NCBI GenBank assembly: GCA_044892525.1
Contig: CM097885.1
Span: 236,346,001 to 236,410,000 of the forward strand
Direction: 5' to 3'
From: Schmidtea polychroa
Lineage: Eukaryota
Length of the DNA: 64,000 nucleotides
The position numbers and the translations under genes are program-made. The notes below the pieces were generated by a model that saw only the letters and a list, made by a program, of their open reading frames with translations, was not told the DNA's origin and made no database searches. Of the stretch, positions 58,337 through 64,000 are shown piece after piece (positions within the stretch are counted from its first letter, which is position 1; each line of letters opens with the position of its first letter).

Positions 58337-59264
58337 AGTAGGTAGTTAGTAGCCCGCGGGAGCAATAGGGGGGGTAAAAATGTTGCAACTTTTGATTGCA
58401 TAATTTTTTCCGTAGACATTTGTTGATTACATAATTGTTGCCGTACGCTCCAATGTTTTTTGTTCTGGGATTTTAAATACAAAATATTTTTTTTCAATAA
58501 ACAAGCCAAGGATAAGTATTATTTGGGTGGGTCTCATTGGTCCTGGGAATTTCAATAGAAAAAGGTAGTCTTCAATAAAAAAGCATGGATTTTTCAGACT
58601 ATAGTGAGGGGGTCTTCTTGGTCCTGAGAATTTCAATAGAAAAGGTGGTTTACATTAAAAACGCATAGTAAATTTTTAAAATAAAACAAATTATGGGTCT
58701 AAAATTTAAAAATAAAGTAAATGATGGGTCTAAAAAATTAAATTTAAGTAAATCAAGGTTCAGATTTTTTGAATTATAGTCAATTATGGGCCTAAAAATT
58801 GAATTATGGTCTAAAATTTTAAATTAAAGTAAATTAAGGTTCAAATTTTGAATTAAAATAAATTAATGTTCAAATTAGTAAATTAAGATCCTAAAAAATT
58901 AAATTAAAGTAATGAATGGGTACAAATAACTAAATTAAGGTTCTAAAAAATTAAATTAAAGTTAATTAAGGTCCAAATTTTAAAATTAAGTAATCATTGG
59001 TAAAAAATTTTAAATTAAAGTTAAATAAGTAAATTAAAGTAAGATTTTAAAATTTATTAACAAAAAGTTGAAATAATAGGTGTTTGAGAATTGAAATTTT
59101 TTAATGAAATTTTTTATGAAATAATTTTTTAAGTAATTTTTAATAGAAATTTTAATGAAATATTTTTCAATGGTAATTTTTAATGGAGATTTTAATGGAA
59201 AAATTTTTAAGATAATTTTTAATGAAAATTTTTATGAAATATTTTTCAAATGAAAATTTCAATG

Positions 59265-59296
<32 letters not shown>

Positions 59297-62200
59297 TATC
59301 AACCAAATACTATACAACACATAAAAATTAACTAAACACATAAAAATAACTAGACACATAACAAAACATAGAAACATTAACTAAACACATAAAAAATGAA
59401 CTAGACACATAACAAACATAAAAATTTACCAAACAAATAACAAATGTAAAGATATAAACTTTTATTTCATAAAATTAGTCTTCATCAGACAAAATAATGT
59501 CATCAATATCGATATCATCTTCTCCAACATAATCTCCAACAACTTCTCCAAAATTTTCATCAAATTCTTCTCCAATAATTTCTCCAACATTTTCATCATT
59601 TTCTTCTCCAACAATTTCTCCAATATTTAATTGACTTAATCTTAAATGCCCATTTGCAAGGCTAGTATTTTTCCCCACCCAAACCCTTTTGTCATCTTTG
59701 TTAGTTAGTGCTATTTTTGTGTTTTTAATTGTAAAAATTTGATGATTTTCGCTTGTTATTTTAGTCTGAGGAACCGAAAAAATCTGGTTAGTGTTATAAC
59801 AATCCAGGTATGACTGATGTTTTATGTCACTACCATTCAATGTTACACCTTTAGCCTTTTTTGTTTCCTCATCACCCAACAAACTATAACATTTAGGTCT
59901 AAGAAAAACCCATTCCTTATATTTAAGACCTTTATTCTCGTCTTTGAACTTTCCAATGACAGAATCAAGGTTCTTACTATATAAGGAATGACAACTATTG
60001 TAATTGGAAGTATCTAATAAATTATCTCGAATCATTGCAGGTAAAAGAACCTCAAGTTTACAGTTAATGACTTCGAGGAAAAAAGAGTCTGTATCACCTG
60101 CAACGATATTAATTTTACAATTAAACTCATTGCGAAATGATTCTAAATCCTTATATATAATCCTTATATATACATTCTAAGTTAAGATAGATCAAGTACA
60201 GATTGACCAATGTAATTTGGTCTATCTAAACATATAGAATCTGAATTCAATAATGCTGCAATTAAATTATCGTCTATTTTAATAGATTTTTTAAAAGCCG
60301 GCTTTGAAGAATATGTTACTAATTTACCGGCAGTAGTACAAAGACGAAGATTCATTCTTCTCTTTAAATTGTCTACTGTTTTGCCGTATAAACTGTTATT
60401 TAACAATTTATAATAATTTTTATCTAAGTTATTTATGCTTTTTGACCTTAATTTTGTATTAGTATCTATATATTTTTTAAAAATTGAAGATTGCTTAAAT
60501 CTTACACCCCTATTTACACGTGTTACTTTAACACCAAGTTCCAAATATAATTTTTATAATCTCCAATGAATCACATAATTAGATTTTGGAAGATGAGTTA
60601 ATAATAATTTTTCAACCTTAGACCCAGCAGGTTTCATTTTTTCAGCAACTACAGGGAAATCATCCAACTTATCATGAAGCTCAGAAGGAATTACAAGATC
60701 AACTTCAAGAGTGTATCCATAAGACAAAGATTCAAGATTTAAATTCCTACATTCATCCATTATTAAATCAAATCCATCAAGAATCCAACTAAATTCACCA
60801 CAAGGTAATGATTGACTTAAAGCCAAACCATAAAGATTATTAATATCTATATAAAGTAACTCGGTGTTCTCATCGGTTTTTACATAATGTTTATTCACAA
60901 AAGTAAGACCGCCTCTTACTCCACCCTCATAAAAGCTAAACATTTCGTTTTCAGTTATGAGTTCAATTGGTTCATCTAAAGACATTAATGCAGAAGACCA
61001 AGACATACCAGGAATTCCGAAATAATTCAATGGTTCCAATCTATTGTGAGCAATAGATTTCAAACGAAACTGATGAAAGAAATCAGCCAAAAGAAAACAA
61101 TCGAGTTTTAAGTAGATCATCATATAATCTAATAAAGTTACGCAATTAGTTTCTACCCAAATCTCCTGAGCTTTTTCATACTCAAGTTCAGTGACACCTT
61201 CCAAGATCGGTGGTAATTCATAAGTAGTTTGGAGAATATCTAAAGATGTAGCGAAATTATAAGGAAAGATTCCTTTTTAAGAAACTATAGTGCCAGAAAA
61301 AACAGAATTAGTAAAAGGCAAAGTATTCAAAGTTTTGACTGCTTTAGCTAAAGAATCATTAACAAATTGATAAGAATCAATGAATCTTAAGCTAATTTTT
61401 CCTAAATGCGCAATCAAAGAAATAAATTTTTCAGTCGTTATTGGGATGCAACCTAAAGTCCAATTTTTAAATTTATTTAATCCGTATTTAAGTATATGGT
61501 GCATATCGTATCTCTTCAAGTTGTGAAATACGATAGGCAAAATTTTATTTATTTTCCTATTTATGTTACATGTGCTACAAGCTGCACCCAAGTATTTCCC
61601 CGTAAAATGATCGTGATCTTTAACAGGATCGACGATAGATTTCATACAAAGATAACAAACAGATGCACTAACAAATTGACGTTGTTCAATTTTTGTTAAT
61701 TTCATCATAGGTTTCCTACCCATTTTATAATAAAAAGGAAGAACCTTATTTAATGCTATATCTCTATAGCACTTAAAAAAACTCTCGACGCAATCTAAAC
61801 CTATGAACTGTTGATAGGATTTAGATCCGTCAAAGTTATTTACAAGTAAAAGACCAGCAGATATTGGCATGTGTCGTTGGAAATGAACATTATCAGAAGG
61901 TAAAATAGCCTCAAAATCGGCATAAACTACAAAAGGAGGAGTTACTGTTTTCGACCAGTCAGTAAACTGCAATAATTTATTTTGAGGGAAAGTGTAAAGA
62001 GTTGTTCCTAATTGATTACGTTTACATAATACTTCATGTTTGTCCAGTGCGTTTCTATTTTTAAAACCATTCAAACACTGATGGCACCATAATGATTGTA
62101 TGCGTGTAGGACAAGTAGTGTTGATATGACAATTCATTAACTTATTTAAATTACTTATAGCTACGTAATGGAAATTGTTTCCTTTATTTAATAGTAGTAA

Positions 62201-64000
62201 ATTAATTATAGTTCCATTTAAAACTTTGGAACGATGTATAATATCTAAATGTGGATGTTTTAATACATAATTATCAGTTAATTATTTGCTATTATCATAT
62301 GAAAAAACGTTAATTATTAAACCTGGATTTTTAGATTCAAATTTCCTAATATCTTTTAATTTCATAGGTAATTCTAACGGATCGTATACTAAGTCAGATA
62401 AATTATAACTAGATGTCCTATTTCTAGCATATCTACTAATCTCATCATATTTTAAAATAGCTAAAATGCCATATAAAAAACATGAATCATCAGTGTTTTT
62501 TATATTAATTAAACAATATTTATTTTTTAGATAAGTAGGTGTTTCAATGAAACTCCTACCACTTAATCTACTTAACCTACTTATTTTTGTTATGGTGAAA
62601 TGTATTTCAGTAATATTTTTTATATTCCAACTGCTTCCTAACTCGGTAATATTAGTAATTTCTCATTTAATTCCTTAATGCCTTCATCAAAAAATGATGC
62701 AGTTAAAGGCTTTGCATAATTTGAGATATTATTAACCTTTATTTCCCCGTCTTTTTCAAATTCGATTGTTATTCCGAATTAAATTTTGACGGAGCCTAAT
62801 TCGTTAATAATATCTCGTAATTTTATTATTAATTGTTCAGGAAATATTATTTCTTTTATATTTAAGTCGCTAGTATTTAAGCTTAATATTTGATGGGTAC
62901 CTCTTAGATCTTTTTGTATTATTGGAACATTTCCACCTATTTGTATTATATTTAATCCATCCCAAGAATCAAAGGAAGTGAATAATCCATCATTGAATTC
63001 AACAACCAATCCATCATCGGATTCAACAACCAATCCGACCTGGGATTCAACAAAAGACAATCCGTCCTGGGATTCAACAATCAATCCATTATTGGATTCA
63101 ACCTCTAATCCGACCTGGGATTCAACAAAAGGCAATCCAGCCTGGGATTCAACAAAAGACAATCCAGCCTGGAATTCAACATGCAATCCGTCCTGGGATT
63201 CAAAAGAAGTATCTAATTTAATTTTTTTATTTGTATTATTTTTTTCTATAGTTGAGGGTCTTTTAAAAACACTATCTTTTTTAAAATTAAACCTATCTAA
63301 ATGATTTTTATGTTTATTATAAAAAACGCTATATGTTACGGGGTCACTAGTCTTACATACGGGACATATAAAATAAGTTTTATTATAATATTTTTTCGTG
63401 TAATAATTCTCCATTATAGAATGGCAATTATTATCATGCTCTTTTGATGAACAATAATTTGGGTAAAGTATACCTATAAAATAAAATTTAATAAAAAAAA
63501 TATAATTTAAATGAAATATTTTAATAAATGTTTACGCAAAAATTTGCAAATTATTATTATTTTACAAATTTTATTTACTAAAAAATAAAAATTTACTAAA
63601 TTAAAAATATTAACATTTACTTAAATAAAAAATTATATTAAATTTCCTTTAAATTATAAAAAGTAATCAATACTTACATTGTAAATTTTCATTTCGATTT
63701 ATTGACACATTGACATAATTTTTCTCTTTATTCGTATTATCTAAATTATTAATTAATTAAATCAATAAATTAAAAATTATGTTTACTTTTTCTTTTCAAA
63801 TTTCCTTTAATCTTCGATTTTAAATTGTCTTCATTAATATTATCTAAATTAATTAATAAATAAATTAATAAATAAATTAAAATTTACCAAATTCCTGATT
63901 TTTTCTCGGACATTCATAACGTTTTCTATTAAAGAATTCATTTTTATGAGTTAATTATTTGTTAAATGTGACTAATGATTGATTATTGTTTATAGGAACA
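58337..64000. mobile_element. Second, diverged member of the nested pPolB element family (left end only; runs off the window)
   Basis: Same terminus AGTAGGTAGTTAGT, G-run, subterminal repeats and pPolB. Colinear with 22387-27549 up to 63369, then unrelated. Left flank TCTAAG is the predicted TSD. Confidence 0.92.
59475..63843 (-). pseudogene. pPolB of the second copy, multiply frameshifted, with putative 5' micro-exons (63843-63787, 63740-63678, main exon from 63473)
   Basis: ORF pieces 62779-63414, 61277-62137, 60554-61204, 60182-60544 and 59475-60035 are near-identical in protein to the 1193-aa pPolB. GT-AG introns at 63474-63677, 63741-63786 and 63844-63887. Confidence 0.85.

Overview
AT-rich eukaryotic (animal-like) genomic window with ~45-nt spliceosomal introns, dominated by nested mobile elements. 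Host genes: the 3' five exons of a zeta-crystallin/quinone oxidoreductase (CRYZ, 5137-9338) and an intronless crooked-neck splicing factor (CRNKL1, 47024-49066). The centrepiece is a near-complete Polinton/Maverick (adintovirus-like) element at 10247-38603. It has AGTAGT termini, ~279-bp TIRs and an AATTAA target-site duplication (TSD). It encodes major and minor capsid proteins, a packaging ATPase, an adenain protease, a pX-like core protein, a fibre-like protein, an unusual Zn-finger/PLA2/integrase fusion and a protein-primed DNA polymerase (pPolB). That pPolB is split exactly in its IRGG motif by a 13,284-bp insertion (22387-35670, TSD CTCCTC). The insertion is a giant palindrome: two ~6.16-kb, almost identical inverted arms each carry a different pPolB gene, around a ~1-kb repeat-rich core. 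It has Polinton-type ends but no recognisable integrase or capsid gene. A diverged relative of this element starts at 58337, runs off the window and appears to have spliceosomal introns in its pPolB 5' region. My best candidate for an undescribed system is this polymerase-only palindromic satellite (or copy-back derivative) that appears to parasitise Polintons. Also present: a piggyBac inserted in a Helitron helicase relic, a Buster-type hAT, two or more decayed Ty3/gypsy elements and an 88-bp MITE. All family assignments come from motif recognition by eye; no database search was run.
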